DNA from: Dehalococcoidia bacterium
Lineage (GTDB): Bacteria; Chloroflexota; Dehalococcoidia; Lucifugimonadales; G958296245
Reading direction: 5' to 3'
DNA: 64,000 bases
NCBI GenBank assembly: GCA_965262055.1
Contig: CBDHEI010000002.1
Span: 1,108,202-1,172,201, forward strand
Positions within the stretch are counted from its first letter, which is position 1; each line of letters opens with the position of its first letter. A model generated the notes under the pieces. That model ran no database searches, was not told the DNA's origin, and saw nothing but the letters and a program-made list of their open reading frames with translations. Positions 28,738 to 39,131 of this stretch are shown here, piece after piece. The position numbers and the translations under genes are program-made.

Positions 28738-29928
28738 CTAGGTGTCGGGCCAGTCGTCGAGGATGACGGTCACGCGGATCGGAACGTTGTCTCGTAGGAC
28801 AGTCAGGGCGATGCGGTCACCGGGGCGGCGCGTGTTCAGGAGGCTGACGATATCCGTGACCGAGGACACCGCCTCCTCGTCCAGCGCAAGGATGACGTCG
28901 CCGTCGCCCGCCGGGCGGGTGAAGGAGGGTCGGCTGTCGCCCCTCAGCTTCGCCTGGGCGGCGGGGCTGTCCGGCATCACCTCGGTGATGTAGACGCCGC
29001 TCTCCACTGAGAGCCCCATCTCAGCCGCGCTGGTGTTGTTGAGCTCCGAGCCCCTGATGCCAAGCCACGGCCGCCGCACCTGATCCCCCGCCTTCATCTC
29101 GGGCAGCAGCTCCGCCACGGTGTTGCTTGGGACAGCGAAGCCGATCCCCACCTGCACGCCTGACTCTATCCTGACTGCGGAGTTAACGCCGATTACCTCG
29201 CCGTTGCGATCCAGGAGCGGGCCCCCGGAGCTGCCCGGGTTCAGGGCCGCCGTGGTCTGCACGAGGTCTGCTACGGGCCTCTGCAGGATGCTGCCCGACT
29301 CCTGGCCGCGGTCCCGCGGGCGGGTCTCGCTCCTGCCCACGCCGCTCACGACGCCCACGGAGATCGAGTTCTGCTTGCGGAACGGGCTGCCTATGGCGAT
29401 GGCCAGCTGGCCGGGCCGGAGCTCGTCGGAGTCGGCCAGGTCGAGAGGGTCGATGTCGCGGACTTGATCAGGGTCCACCCGCAGCACCGCAAGGTCGTCT
29501 GCGGGGCTGGAGCCCAGGGGAGTGGCGTCGAGCTCCCTACCGTCATGGAACTCCACGGTGATCCGGTCCGAGCCGGCGACGACGTGGTGATTGGTGACGA
29601 TGTGGCCGTCGTCGTCAACCAGGAAGCCGGAGCCGCTGGTCTGGAAGAGCGGCAGGTTCCCGGTAGAACGGGCGACGGTGATCTCGACCACGGCCGGGCT
29701 GGCCCTGTCGAATACCTCTACGACCTGCTGCTCGTCGTAGAGGGTGGCCCGCTGGTCTGGCGAGCCCCACGGCAAACCGAACGACACCCAACCGAGCGCG
29801 TAGCCCAAAAGCATGCCCAGGGCCAGCACGAGCAGCGCCAGCACCCCGACAAGCCGGGCGCCGGGGCCTTTCGCGGGCGAGGGAGCCGAACGTGCTGGAG
29901 TCCCCTCTCGATTGTGCGGAAACGACAT
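28738..29928 (-). CDS. HtrA/DegP-type S1C serine protease with a PDZ domain
   Basis: TM anchor, catalytic contexts TNHHVV, ...DDLAVLRV and LNPGSSGGPLL, and a C-terminal PDZ-like region. Confidence 0.85.
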   Translation of the reverse strand: MSFPHNREGTPARSAPSPAKGPGARLVGVLALLVLALGMLLGYALGWVSFGLPWGSPDQRATLYDEQQVVEVFDRASPAVVEITVARSTGNLPLFQTSGSGFLVDDDGHIVTNHHVVAGSDRITVEFHDGRELDATPLGSSPADDLAVLRVDPDQVRDIDPLDLADSDELRPGQLAIAIGSPFRKQNSISVGVVSGVGRSETRPRDRGQESGSILQRPVADLVQTTAALNPGSSGGPLLDRNGEVIGVNSAVRIESGVQVGIGFAVPSNTVAELLPEMKAGDQVRRPWLGIRGSELNNTSAAEMGLSVESGVYITEVMPDSPAAQAKLRGDSRPSFTRPAGDGDVILALDEEAVSSVTDIVSLLNTRRPGDRIALTVLRDNVPIRVTVILDDWPDT

Positions 29929-30067
29929 CTCTCTTACCCCAAAGCCGGATTGCCGACTATTCCACCTCACTATTTGATTCTACAACGCCCGCGACGGCAA
30001 TGTAGTTAACACCGCATCCGCGTCCAATCCATGCTAGAGCACGACCGCGCCGCGACGCGGCCCTGTG

Positions 30068-30076
30068 TGATATACT
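30068..30076 (+). promoter_or_regulatory. possible extended -10 promoter (TGaTATACT) for rpsU
   Basis: gTGaTATACT lies 58 nt upstream of the proposed TTG start. There is no clear -35. Confidence 0.3.
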
Positions 30077-30133
30077 TGCTCGGTTCGCATTTCGGATCTA
30101 TATGTGTCCGTCCGGTGCGGACAGGAGGTCGTA

Positions 30134-30331
30134 TTGGCATTCGTCACGCTTCGGGAAGGAGAGGACACGGAAGGTCTTCTCAAGAGGTTTCAGACCACTA
30201 TGCAGCGCTCGGGTGTCTTGCGCGAGCTCAGGACACGTCGCTTCTTCCGCTCCAAGGGCGAGCAGACCCGGCTCGACAAAGCCCGCAGCCTGAGGCGTCT
30301 CCGCCGCCGGCAGCGCACCAACAGGACGTAG
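30134..30331 (+). CDS. rpsU: 30S ribosomal protein S21
   Basis: ...LREGEDTEGLLKRFQTTMQRSGVLRELRTRRFFRSKGEQTRLDKA... has the S21 pattern. TTG at 30134 lies 6 nt after AGGAGG. Confidence 0.75.
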   Translation: MAFVTLREGEDTEGLLKRFQTTMQRSGVLRELRTRRFFRSKGEQTRLDKARSLRRLRRRQRTNRT

Positions 30332-30393
30332 AGCCCCCCGCCCCTTCCCGTACAGGTCCCATTAGGCACCCCTCACGCCCCGCACTGGGCGAG

Positions 30394-31239
30394 CTATGTG
30401 GGTCGCTTTGAGACGCGCCCGGTTGGCTCCCGCCACGCCATGCCGTCGGTCAGCCTGAGAAACTCCTCGTGCAGCCTCGCGTTGGCTGCGATCAGGCCGT
30501 CGCTGGCCAGGCCGGCGGGGCCCCCGTTGCGGTCCGTGACCACGCCTCCGGCCTCGCGCACCAGCAGGATGCCTGCCACCTGGTCCCACGGCTCCAGCCG
30601 GTGGTGGAAGTACAGGTCGTGCCTGCCCGCCGCCGTGTACGCGATCCCAAGGGCCGCCGAGCCCATGACCCGCGCAGTCTGAAAGCCGGGCCACATGCTG
30701 CGTATGACGTCCAGCCCGTTGGCCGCGCCGCCACCGTCGTAGCTGAGGTCCGTTCCCACTATGGCCTCCGACATGGAAGATTTTTTGGACACGGCGATCG
30801 GCTGCCTGTTCAAAAAGGCGCCGCCGCCCAGCTCCGCCTCGAACATCTCGTCGCGGACGGGGTCGTAGTTCACTCCCACCAGCGCCCTGCCGTCCAGGGC
30901 AAGGCCTATGACGACGGAGAAGTGCGGGACGCCGCACGCGTAGTTGCGGGTGCCGTCGAGCGGGTCCACGATCCAAACGTACCCGTCGTCGTAGGGGAGG
31001 CCCGGCGACTCCTCTCCCAGCACCGCCATGTCGGGGTACTCGCTGCGCAAGCGCTCTTCGATAAGGCGCTCGGCGGCTAGGTCGACATCCGTGACAGGGT
31101 TGCCCGGCCCCTTGAACCTGATGTCCCTCACGTTCCCGAATCTCCGGAGTAGCAGGTCGCCGGCCTCGCGGGCCGCCATACGCGCCACCAGGAGCGCGCT
31201 CCTGCCGTTGACGCTCTTCGGGATGCGTTCCGAGGTCAC
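30394..31239 (-). CDS. inositol monophosphatase family protein
   Basis: VLGEES..., WIVDPLDGTRNY and ...GSAALG motifs. Confidence 0.85.
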   Translation of the reverse strand: MTSERIPKSVNGRSALLVARMAAREAGDLLLRRFGNVRDIRFKGPGNPVTDVDLAAERLIEERLRSEYPDMAVLGEESPGLPYDDGYVWIVDPLDGTRNYACGVPHFSVVIGLALDGRALVGVNYDPVRDEMFEAELGGGAFLNRQPIAVSKKSSMSEAIVGTDLSYDGGGAANGLDVIRSMWPGFQTARVMGSAALGIAYTAAGRHDLYFHHRLEPWDQVAGILLVREAGGVVTDRNGGPAGLASDGLIAANARLHEEFLRLTDGMAWREPTGRVSKRPT

Positions 31240-32378
31240 TGGTTGGTGTAGGAGCCGTCCCGGCGGTGCAGGTGGGGGGCCTCCCAGAAGCGGAACGGCT
31301 CGCCCACAGCATCTTCGTTGAACTCGACCCCCAAGCCGGGGCCGGTCGGCACCGGGTACCGCACGCCCTCTATCCTGGGCTGCACCGGGAACATCTCGTC
31401 GCTGAAGACCAGGTCGGACGTGCGCTCCTCCAGCCAGGCGTAGTTGGGCACGGCGGCGGCGAAGTGCAGGTTGGCGGCGGTGCTGATGGGGCCCAGCGGG
31501 TTATGGGGCATCATGTCGATGTAGTGGGCCTCGCACCAGCCGGCGACCTTCATCGCCTCCGTGAACCCACCGACGTTGCAGATGTCCACCCGCGCAAAGT
31601 TGACTATCCCCTGCTCGACGTACGGCAAAAAGGCCCACTTGCTGGAGAACTCCTCGCCGATGGCGAACGGGACGTCGGTCATGCTCCGCAGCGACTGGTA
31701 CGCCGCGGGCGTCTCGTCGCGTATGGGCTCTTCGAGGAAGTCCAGCGTCCCCCTGGGAAGCTTCTGGCAGAAGGAGGCCGCCTCGGCCACGCTGAGCCTG
31801 TGATGGTACTCCAGCCCCACCACCGGGCCATTGCCGACGGCCTCCCGCACCTTCGTCATCCACTCGGTGGTCAGCGCGATCGATTCCCTCGGCTCGAAGA
31901 GGCGGTCGTCTTCCGATTCGGGCACGCCGAAGATGCAGCGTATGGCCGGCCAGCCACGGGCGACCATTCCGGCCACGTCCTCCACGATCCTAGGCCCCAT
32001 GGGCGCGTGGGAGGTTGTGAAGCAGGGCACGTGGTGGCGCTGCGCGCCGCCCAGAAGCTGGTAGACCGGTACGTCGAGGCTCCGGGCCACGACATCGTGC
32101 AGCGCGACGTCTATGGCCGAAATCGCGGCTGTGAGCACGCGGCCGCCCTCGAAGTACTGGCTCCGGTACATCTCCTGCCACAGCGCGCCAATCCGACGGG
32201 GGTCCTTGCCTACGAGAAACTCCCTGTAGTGGCGGACCGCTCCCGCAACGGCCAGCTCCCGCCCCACAAGCCCGGACTCGCCCCAGCCGTGGTGGCCAGT
32301 GTCCGTCTCGACTTTGACGATGCACAGGTTCCGCCAGCCGCCCCACACCGGCATCGCCTTGACTTCGGTGATCTTCAC
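31236..32378 (-). CDS. enolase-superfamily dehydratase (D-mannonate/D-galactonate dehydratase-like)
   Basis: MKITEVKA...GWGESGL.GRELAV...AISAIDVALHDVVARSLDVPVYQLLGG resembles the ManD/DgoD subgroup. Confidence 0.75.
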   Translation of the reverse strand: MKITEVKAMPVWGGWRNLCIVKVETDTGHHGWGESGLVGRELAVAGAVRHYREFLVGKDPRRIGALWQEMYRSQYFEGGRVLTAAISAIDVALHDVVARSLDVPVYQLLGGAQRHHVPCFTTSHAPMGPRIVEDVAGMVARGWPAIRCIFGVPESEDDRLFEPRESIALTTEWMTKVREAVGNGPVVGLEYHHRLSVAEAASFCQKLPRGTLDFLEEPIRDETPAAYQSLRSMTDVPFAIGEEFSSKWAFLPYVEQGIVNFARVDICNVGGFTEAMKVAGWCEAHYIDMMPHNPLGPISTAANLHFAAAVPNYAWLEERTSDLVFSDEMFPVQPRIEGVRYPVPTGPGLGVEFNEDAVGEPFRFWEAPHLHRRDGSYTNQ

Positions 32379-32459
32379 TGCTCGCTCCCCATGCGCAATA
32401 GGTCTGCAGCTATGCGGTCACAATACTACAGCACCCGGCACGCGCCCACACACCACGTG

Positions 32460-33218
32460 TCAGGAACGCGGGCGGATGTCTTCAAGCGGCTCAGGCCGCC
32501 GTCTCCCAACGGCGGTCGTCCGATCGGGCCGGACATCTATGCCGTCTTCGGGCGCGGCCCAGAGCACCGCGTTCTTGATTACCTGGAGGACCTTCTCGTG
32601 GTAGTAGATCGGATAGTCCTGGTCCCCCGGTCGGAAGTAGAATACCTTGCCTCGCCCCCTCTTGTAGCAGCAACCGCTACGAAAGACCTCCCCTCCTTCG
32701 AACCAGCTGATGAACACCAGGGAGTCAGGCTCCGGTATGTCGAACGGCTCGCCGTACGTCTCCGCCCTGGGGATCTCAAAGTACTCGCCGATTCCGCTGG
32801 CTATGGGATGCCCAGGATTGACAACCCAGATGCGCTCCCTCTCGTTGTTGCTGCGCCAGGTCAGTCCGCAACTGGCCCCCATCAGCTTCTTGAATATCTT
32901 GGAGAAGTGGCTGGAGTGAAGGGGCACGAATCCCATCCCGTCCAGCACTCTCTGATGCACGCGGGCCACGACCTCGTCGCTCACCTCCTGATGGGCCATG
33001 TGACCCCACCAGACGAGGACATCCGTCTGCTCCAGCGCCTGTTCGGTCAGCCCATGTTCGGGCTCATCCATGGTCGCCACCCTTACCGAGAACCCCTGGC
33101 CTTGCAGGTACGCGACAATGGGTGCGTGCAGTCCATCAGGGTATATCTCGGCTGGCTTCCCTATCATTCGTTCGTGCCGGTACTCGTTCCAGACCGTTAC
33201 CCTGGGTAGCTTCGACAT
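32460..33218 (-). CDS. ThuA-domain protein
   Basis: [10 protein letters not shown]...[14 protein letters not shown]...[14 protein letters not shown]... is the ThuA pattern. Confidence 0.75.
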   Translation of the reverse strand: MSKLPRVTVWNEYRHERMIGKPAEIYPDGLHAPIVAYLQGQGFSVRVATMDEPEHGLTEQALEQTDVLVWWGHMAHQEVSDEVVARVHQRVLDGMGFVPLHSSHFSKIFKKLMGASCGLTWRSNNERERIWVVNPGHPIASGIGEYFEIPRAETYGEPFDIPEPDSLVFISWFEGGEVFRSGCCYKRGRGKVFYFRPGDQDYPIYYHEKVLQVIKNAVLWAAPEDGIDVRPDRTTAVGRRRPEPLEDIRPRS

Positions 33219-33261
33219 CTCGCGCTCCTGCCCTGCCTTATCCGGTCCCTGGTCGTCCCGT

Positions 33262-34341
33262 CTACGTCCGCACGGGCGCTCCGTCCCGTTCGGCAGACTG
33301 CTTTATTGCGTCCCATATGAGGGCCATTCTGAGTCCGAGCTCTGGCGGAGACGGGTTCTCGATCAGGCCCTCCCGCGCGGAGAGGAATTCTTCCCACACC
33401 CCTCGGGAGTCCCTCACGTCGACCGGCTCCCACCCCTCTTCGCGGCTTGATCCGGTCAGGCGCCAGCCCTGGGGCTGACACTTCATGATCTCCAGCGAAC
33501 GGCCCCAGACGGTGGTCCGGAGAACACCGTTGGAGCAGAAGACACGAACGTCCGACGCGCAGGATGGGGCGGTGTCGCCGCAGGCGTTGATGGTTACCAA
33601 CGCGCCTGACCGGAGGCGCCCCATGATCACGGCGTTGACCTCCACCGGCCCACCCTTGTTATCCAGGAGAGCGCTGATGACTGTAAAGTCCTCACCTGCG
33701 AGGTCGCAGACTGTATTGAGCATATGGGCTCCGGTGTCGAACAGGAAGCCTCCACCGGAGACCGCAGGATTTAAGCGCCAGGCGTCGGCGAACAAGCCGC
33801 CCCAGTTCTGCCAGACCACTCCGGAGATACTCTGCACGGGCCCCAGCTCCTGAGAGCGAAGCATCTCCACGGCCCTTCGCACCTGCGGCGACAGGCTGCC
33901 CTGGAAGCTCACCACCACGAGGCGGCCAGTGCGGTCACGGGCTTCTATGAGCGCCCTGGCCTCCCGCGCATTCATCACCATAGGCTTCTCGACCAGCACG
34001 TCCAGCCCGGCCTCGAGACAGGCCTTGGCCTGGCTGAAGTGCAGGACATGGGGCGTTGCTATGTACACCGCATCGAGACCGCTCGCATACTCGTCGAGCA
34101 TACGCTCCAGGTCAGAAACGTTGGCGGGCGCCTCACGCCCGGCGGCCTGGAAAACATCCTCCATCTGTCCGTACGATTCCATGGAGGGCTCGCACACCAC
34201 CTCGATGCGAGTGTTGTGGAAGCCGGACAGGATGCCCCTCACGGTCGCCCTCGCCATATTTCCGCACCCGATGATCGCAGCTCTTGTGGGTGGGTCGAAT
34301 CTCATTTCTGGCTCCCATGGGTAGACATTAGCAGTCAACAT
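33262..34341 (-). CDS. Gfo/Idh/MocA family oxidoreductase
   Basis: Rossmann N-terminus [10 protein letters not shown], and ...[27 protein letters not shown]. Confidence 0.85.
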   Translation of the reverse strand: MLTANVYPWEPEMRFDPPTRAAIIGCGNMARATVRGILSGFHNTRIEVVCEPSMESYGQMEDVFQAAGREAPANVSDLERMLDEYASGLDAVYIATPHVLHFSQAKACLEAGLDVLVEKPMVMNAREARALIEARDRTGRLVVVSFQGSLSPQVRRAVEMLRSQELGPVQSISGVVWQNWGGLFADAWRLNPAVSGGGFLFDTGAHMLNTVCDLAGEDFTVISALLDNKGGPVEVNAVIMGRLRSGALVTINACGDTAPSCASDVRVFCSNGVLRTTVWGRSLEIMKCQPQGWRLTGSSREEGWEPVDVRDSRGVWEEFLSAREGLIENPSPPELGLRMALIWDAIKQSAERDGAPVRT

Positions 34342-34383
34342 GGACCTAGAAGGATTCTATCGTTGCTTCGTTGGCCTCTGTTA

Positions 34384-36090
34384 GCCCGAATCCACCGAAG
34401 GACACCTATGGACGGCGTGAGGACAGCGGCAGGGTGGGTGAGGGAGCTACAGGGGAGATGGCTGGGCTCATTGGGGTAGATTGGAGGTCGGCGAACGGTC
34501 TTCAGTCGCCGCCTTGCGCCCCTATGGCCCTCTGCGGGAGCTGCGATGCGCGGGATGGCGAGAGAATACGCAGCAGGGAACTCTCGCGGGACCGGGGTGG
34601 CACGAGTTTTCAGGGAAGTTGGGTCAGTTGCAGGCTGGCAGTTCAGGCGGGGAGTGGAATGGCTCGCAGCCGGGCCATGGCGCGAGTGAACTGGGTTTCC
34701 CAAGGCCAATGCTGGGGAAGATGCAGGGTAAGGCGGCGCGCCGAGCGGGTGATCCGTCCCACCAGAGCGAAGACCCGCCGCCTGAGGGTCTTGGTGGTCA
34801 CGGTCCGTTCGGCCAGACCGATGCGCGCTGTCCAGCGGGCGAGGTTGTGTGCCATCACCTGCACCGCCAGCCAGGCGCCGTTGGCGGCGAAGCGCCCCGA
34901 GGGGAGATGGTTGAGTCCGACGCCGTGTTTCAGGTCTCGAATGGCGTTCTCGATCTCGGCGTGGCGGCGATGATCGGCCTCCAGTTCCAGGGTTTCCCCG
35001 TCCCGGTCGGTGATGAAGCCGTGATAGCTGTAGGTGGCGAAGAGGGCCAACTGGGAACCGGGCGTGGGCTTCACCCGCCGGACGATGAGCCGCACCGGCG
35101 CGGCGTCGGGTTCACTCTGGAAGGGGGTATAGGTGGTCTCGGCCACATCGGCGGCGCCGTCCATCCAGTAGGGAATCGGCGTCCAGTCCTGCTCGGGGAT
35201 CGCCTCAATCAACTCCCGCAGGCCTTTGTGCTGGCGGATGGTGATGGAGAAGCGGACACTCATCTCGCGGCAGACGGCGACGAGAGCGTGGGCGTAGAAG
35301 CCGCTGTCGGCGCGCACCGTGAGTTGGCCGCTGGCCCCACCGTAGCGCACCCGCCCCACCGTTTCACGCAGGAAGTGGGCAGCGCCGCGAGCGGTGTTGG
35401 CACGGCCCTCGCGCAGCCGGGACATCAGCACATCGCCGGTTCCGGCGGCGATGGCCAGCAGTGGGTGATAGCCCCGCACGCCGGTGTAGTTGTGGTGTCG
35501 CGCCCCTTCTTTGTCCAGTCCATAGGTCTCGCAGATGGTGGAGTCCAGGTCGATGGTCAGGGGCGAGTCGCCGGGTCCGGCCCCAGCGGCCCATGCGCGT
35601 GCCAGCAACTGGCGGCTCACCCGGTCGAGTTGACGGACATGCCCCCACCGGAAGCTGCGCAGGAAGGTGCCCAGGGTGGATGGCGCCTTGACCACGCAGC
35701 CGAGAACACCGACCGTCCCACCAGCACGCAGCGCATCGGCGTCGTCGATGAAGTCGCCGCCCGCCAGCGCGGAAGCGACCAGCGTCAGCAGTTTGTCCCC
35801 CGTGTTCGCCCGCCCCGGTGCGCAGCCGAGGTCGAGGTGATGGTCGACGAGTTCCCGCAGGCCCAGGTGCTGTGCAAGGGTGGCCGGCAGGAGCAGGCCG
35901 GCATTGGCCACCAGGCGGTGGTCGTCAAAGACGACGCGGATACGGTCGGGATTATTCTGTGGCAGCATCTACTGGGTGCTCCTTGTTTCCGGGCGGTTTT
36001 CTGTTTCAAAACCATTCTCCCAGATTCAGAGGAGCACCCTCTGGCTTCTTCAAGGACTGTCCCCAAAGTCGTCTTTCGGTGGATTCGGGC
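34384..36090 (-). mobile_element. IS1380-family IS, type A, copy 3 (complete, 1707 bp)
   Basis: Termini GCCCGAATCCACCGAA / TTCGGTGGATTCGGGC. TTA lies at 34381-34383 and 36091-36093. Confidence 0.9.
34643..35968 (-). CDS. IS1380-family DDE transposase
   Basis: 441 aa; only a handful of substitutions relative to 36..1361 and 36336..37661. Confidence 0.9.
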   Translation of the reverse strand: MLPQNNPDRIRVVFDDHRLVANAGLLLPATLAQHLGLRELVDHHLDLGCAPGRANTGDKLLTLVASALAGGDFIDDADALRAGGTVGVLGCVVKAPSTLGTFLRSFRWGHVRQLDRVSRQLLARAWAAGAGPGDSPLTIDLDSTICETYGLDKEGARHHNYTGVRGYHPLLAIAAGTGDVLMSRLREGRANTARGAAHFLRETVGRVRYGGASGQLTVRADSGFYAHALVAVCREMSVRFSITIRQHKGLRELIEAIPEQDWTPIPYWMDGAADVAETTYTPFQSEPDAAPVRLIVRRVKPTPGSQLALFATYSYHGFITDRDGETLELEADHRRHAEIENAIRDLKHGVGLNHLPSGRFAANGAWLAVQVMAHNLARWTARIGLAERTVTTKTLRRRVFALVGRITRSARRLTLHLPQHWPWETQFTRAMARLRAIPLPA

Positions 36091-36213
36091 TTAAACCCTC
36101 TGAGGACAGAGTACGCCCCTCGGGGTGAGAAGCCAGGGGAGTGTCTCCATATTACGCCAAGCCGCCCCAAGGGTCTTCCCCTGAGGCGGGACGGCATGAT
36201 GAATTGTAGCTTA

Positions 36214-37918
36214 GCCCGAATCCACCGAAAGACGACTTTGGGGACAGTCCTTGAAGAAGCCAGAGGGTGCTCCTCTGAATCTGGGAGAATGGTTTTGAAA
36301 CAGAAAACCGCCCGGAAACAAGGAGCACCCAGTAGATGCTGCCACAGAATAATCCCGACCGTATCCGCGTCGTCTTTGACGACCACCGCCTGGTGGCCAA
36401 TGCCGGCCTGCTCCTGCCGGCCACCCTTGCACAGCACCTGGGCCTGCGGGAACTCGCCGACCATCACCTCGACCTCGGCTGCGCACCGGGGCGGGCGAAC
36501 ACGGGGGACAAACTGCTGACGCTGGTCGCTTCCGCGCTGGCGGGCGGCGACTTCATCGACGACGCCGATGCGCTGCGTGCTGGTGGGACGGTCGGTGTTC
36601 TCGGCTGCGTGGTCAAGGCGCCATCCACCCTGGGCACCTTCCTGCGCAGTTTCCGGTGGGGGCATGTCCGTCAACTCGACCGGGTGAGCCGCCAGTTGCT
36701 GGCACGCGCATGGGCCGCTGGGGCCGGACCCGGCGACTCGCCCCTGACCATCGACCTGGACTCCACCATCTGCGAGACCTATGGACTGGACAAAGAAGGG
36801 GCGCGACACCACAACTACACCGGCGTGCGGGGCTATCACCCACTGCTGGCCATCGCCGCCGGAACCGGCGATGTGCTGATGTCCCGGCTGCGCGAGGGCC
36901 GTGCCAACACCGCTCGCGGCGCTGCCCACTTCCTGCGTGAAACGGTGGGGCGGGTGCGCTACGGTAGGGCCAGCGGCCAACTCACGGTGCGCGCCGACAG
37001 CGGCTTCTACGCCCACGCTCTCGTCGCCGTCTGCCGCGAGATGAGTGTCCGCTTCTCCATCACCATCCGCCAGCACAAAGGCCTGCGGGAGTTGATTGAG
37101 GCGATCCCCGAGCAGGACTGGACGCCGATTCCCTACTGGATGGACGGCGCCGCCGATGTGGCCGAGACCACCTATACCCCCTTCCAGAGTGAACCCGACG
37201 CCGCGCCGGTGCGGCTCATCGTCCGGCGGGTGAAGCCCACGCCCGGTTCCCAGTTGGCCCTCTTCGCCACCTACAGCTATCACGGCTTCATCACCGACCG
37301 GGACGGGGAAACCCTGGAACTGGAGGCCGATCATCGCCGCCACGCCGAGATCGAGAACGCCATTCGAGACCTGAAACACGGCGTCGGACTCAACCATCTC
37401 CCCTCGGGGCGCTTCGCCGCCAACGGCGCCTGGCTGGCGGTGCAGGTGATGGCACACAACCTCGCCCGCTGGACAGCGCGCATCGGTCTGGCCGAACGGA
37501 CCGTGACCACCAAGACCCTCAGGCGGCGGGTCTTCGCTCTGGTGGGACGGATCACCCACTCGGCGCGCCGCCTTACCCTGCATCTTCCCCAGCATTGGCC
37601 TTGGGAAACCCAGTTCACTCGCGCCATGGCCCGGCTGCGAGCCATTCCACTCCCCGCCTGACTGCCAGCCTGCAACTGACCCAACTTCCCTGCAAACTCG
37701 TGCCACCCCGGTCCGCGAGAGTTCCCTGCTGCGTATTCTCTCGCCATCCCGCGCATCGCAGCTCCCGCAGAGGGCCATAGGGGCCCTATGCGGCGACTGA
37801 AGACCGTTCGCCGACCTCCAATCTACCCCAATGAGCCCAGCCATCTCCCCTGTAGCTCCCTCACCCACCCTGCCGCTGTCCTCACGCCGTCCATAGGTGT
37901 CCTTCGGTGGATTCGGGC
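36214..37918 (+). mobile_element. IS1380-family IS, type A, copy 4 (complete, inverted relative to copy 3)
   Basis: The same termini as copy 3. TTA lies at 36211-36213 and 37919-37921. Confidence 0.9.
36336..37661 (+). CDS. IS1380-family DDE transposase
   Basis: 441 aa, near-identical to copy 3. Confidence 0.9.
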   Translation: MLPQNNPDRIRVVFDDHRLVANAGLLLPATLAQHLGLRELADHHLDLGCAPGRANTGDKLLTLVASALAGGDFIDDADALRAGGTVGVLGCVVKAPSTLGTFLRSFRWGHVRQLDRVSRQLLARAWAAGAGPGDSPLTIDLDSTICETYGLDKEGARHHNYTGVRGYHPLLAIAAGTGDVLMSRLREGRANTARGAAHFLRETVGRVRYGRASGQLTVRADSGFYAHALVAVCREMSVRFSITIRQHKGLRELIEAIPEQDWTPIPYWMDGAADVAETTYTPFQSEPDAAPVRLIVRRVKPTPGSQLALFATYSYHGFITDRDGETLELEADHRRHAEIENAIRDLKHGVGLNHLPSGRFAANGAWLAVQVMAHNLARWTARIGLAERTVTTKTLRRRVFALVGRITHSARRLTLHLPQHWPWETQFTRAMARLRAIPLPA

Positions 37919-37994
37919 TTAGGGCGGCGTAGTTGGCGAGGTGTAGCTGGGTGTGGTTGTCCGGTCTCTCAGGTGTCGCTGCCCGACGTTAGCC

Positions 37995-38225
37995 CTAGCT
38001 CGCCACCTTCGCGATGGGCTGGGGCTTGACGGGCTCGATGCCGAGCTCCTTGCACGAGTCCAAGTACACGTCGATGGAGATACGAAACTCCCGCTTTATC
38101 CCTTCAACGTCAGTTGCCTCAGCATTTGCAATCGGATACGGGCCACTGTTAATGACCCTAGCGTGCAGGACCTCCGCCTCATCGTCATACACGACCTCTC
38201 CCAAATAGCCCTTGTGCTCCAACAT
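37995..38225 (-). CDS. hicB: HicB-family antitoxin
   Basis: MLEHKGYLGEVVYDDEAEVLHARV...EGIKREFRISIDVYLDSCKELGIEPVKP matches the common HicB N-domain pattern. Confidence 0.75.
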   Translation of the reverse strand: MLEHKGYLGEVVYDDEAEVLHARVINSGPYPIANAEATDVEGIKREFRISIDVYLDSCKELGIEPVKPQPIAKVAS

Positions 38226-38479
38226 CAGTCAGCTCCTACTATCCGTTCGATGAATTCAGCAATGTCGCGGACGGTATCGCGCCTAACCTCGGGGCGAGGA
38301 TGGGGCCGGTGTATGACGATAGACTCCGCACCCTTCACCAGGTGGACCCTTGAACCTGAGCGCTCGTACATGCTCACTCCCAGCGCCCCCATCAAGGACT
38401 CGACCTCCTCCCACCGGATGTCCGATGGGGTCGGCCTTGCGAGGATGCGCTCAAGAATTACCCGGTGCCTCCTTCTCAT
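38225..38479 (-). CDS. hicA: HicA-family toxin
   Basis: ...PSDIRWEEVESLMGALGVSMYERSGSRVHLVKGAESIVIHRPHPRPEVRRDTVRDIAEFIE matches the I.W.DIE.LL..LGA...EG.GSRV......FHRPHP pattern. It overlaps hicB by 1 nt. Confidence 0.7.
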   Translation of the reverse strand: MRRRHRVILERILARPTPSDIRWEEVESLMGALGVSMYERSGSRVHLVKGAESIVIHRPHPRPEVRRDTVRDIAEFIERIVGAD

Positions 38480-38573
38480 GCCGATATACTATAGGTTGGC
38501 GTCGGTAATGGGTTCCGCCCTCCGCACAGCGTATTTCGCAGGCTGTTTGGGTATGGTAGAGGCACCGCGCTTC

Positions 38574-38724
38574 CTAGCAGGCTGCGGAAGAACTCTTCCA
38601 AATCTTCTTCTGGGCTCTTCCCTGTTCTCAGGGAAGAGAGGAGTTATATCTGAGGGACACCCTCAGACTCCCCGGCAAAGGGGCTTCGCCTCTCTGCACA
38701 CCCCGTTTTTCAGCAGCCTGCTAG
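38574..38724. repeat. MITE-like palindromic element, copy 1 (151 bp)
   Basis: About 20-bp TIRs CTAGCAGGCTGCGGAAGAAC / GTTTTTCAGCAGCCTGCTAG. Internal hairpins are CTCTTCCCTG-TTCT-CAGGGAAGAG and TCTGAGGG-ACA-CCCTCAGA. A second copy lies at 42868-43017. Confidence 0.8.
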
Positions 38725-38741
38725 TGGCGGGCTCTACGCGC

Positions 38742-38775
38742 GCCGGTCTGCCCCGGCGGGCCGGGGCAGACCGGC
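38742..38775 (-). terminator. GC-rich hairpin just 3' of the Zn-ribbon gene
   Basis: A 15-bp perfect stem, CCGGTCTGCCCCGGC / GCCGGGGCAGACCGG, with its arms directly abutting (38743-38772). No U-tract follows. Confidence 0.4.
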
Positions 38776-38778
38776 CCA

Positions 38779-38988
38779 TTAGGCGACCCTGGCCACGGCG
38801 GCCGCCGGCTTCCTTCCCCGCTTCGGCCCCGCGAACCCGACCTTGGCGACCGCGGCCGCCAGCGCCTCGTCGGCAGTCTGCACGTCCTCCATGAAGCCGC
38901 ACTGGAGGCACTCCTTGTAACGCCCGTAAATATCTTGGTTGAAGTGAATGTCTCCCTTGCACCTTGGGCATGACTTGAAGAACAACAT
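38779..38988 (-). CDS. small zinc-ribbon protein (CPRC...CLQC) with a basic tail
   Basis: 69 aa, two CxxC pairs and a C-terminal GPKRGRKP. Function unknown. Confidence 0.55.
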   Translation of the reverse strand: MLFFKSCPRCKGDIHFNQDIYGRYKECLQCGFMEDVQTADEALAAAVAKVGFAGPKRGRKPAAAVARVA

Positions 38989-39061
38989 CGTTACTTACCT
39001 CCTTCCAAAATGCCGTACACCTCACGGCCTGTCTTCTCTGATTTGTTGAATGTTGGGGCCG

Positions 39062-39090
39062 TGCGCAACCCTGGGGTAAGGGGTTGCGCA
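39062..39090. promoter_or_regulatory. perfect 10-N9-10 inverted repeat (TGCGCAACCC-N9-GGGTTGCGCA) in the divergent intergenic region
   Basis: Read directly. It lies 42 nt upstream of the -35 of the hspR promoter. It is a candidate operator or a 5'-UTR hairpin of the Zn-ribbon gene. Confidence 0.35.
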
Positions 39091-39131
39091 TGACCGATAT
39101 CATTAGCCTTGACTATCTCACAGCATTACCC

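Noticed and set aside
36094-36210. The 117-bp spacer between the inverted IS copies as a small gene or RNA
   Set aside because: It has no ORF of meaningful length, no convincing promoter or terminator, and no repeat elsewhere in the window. It is most simply residual intergenic target DNA.
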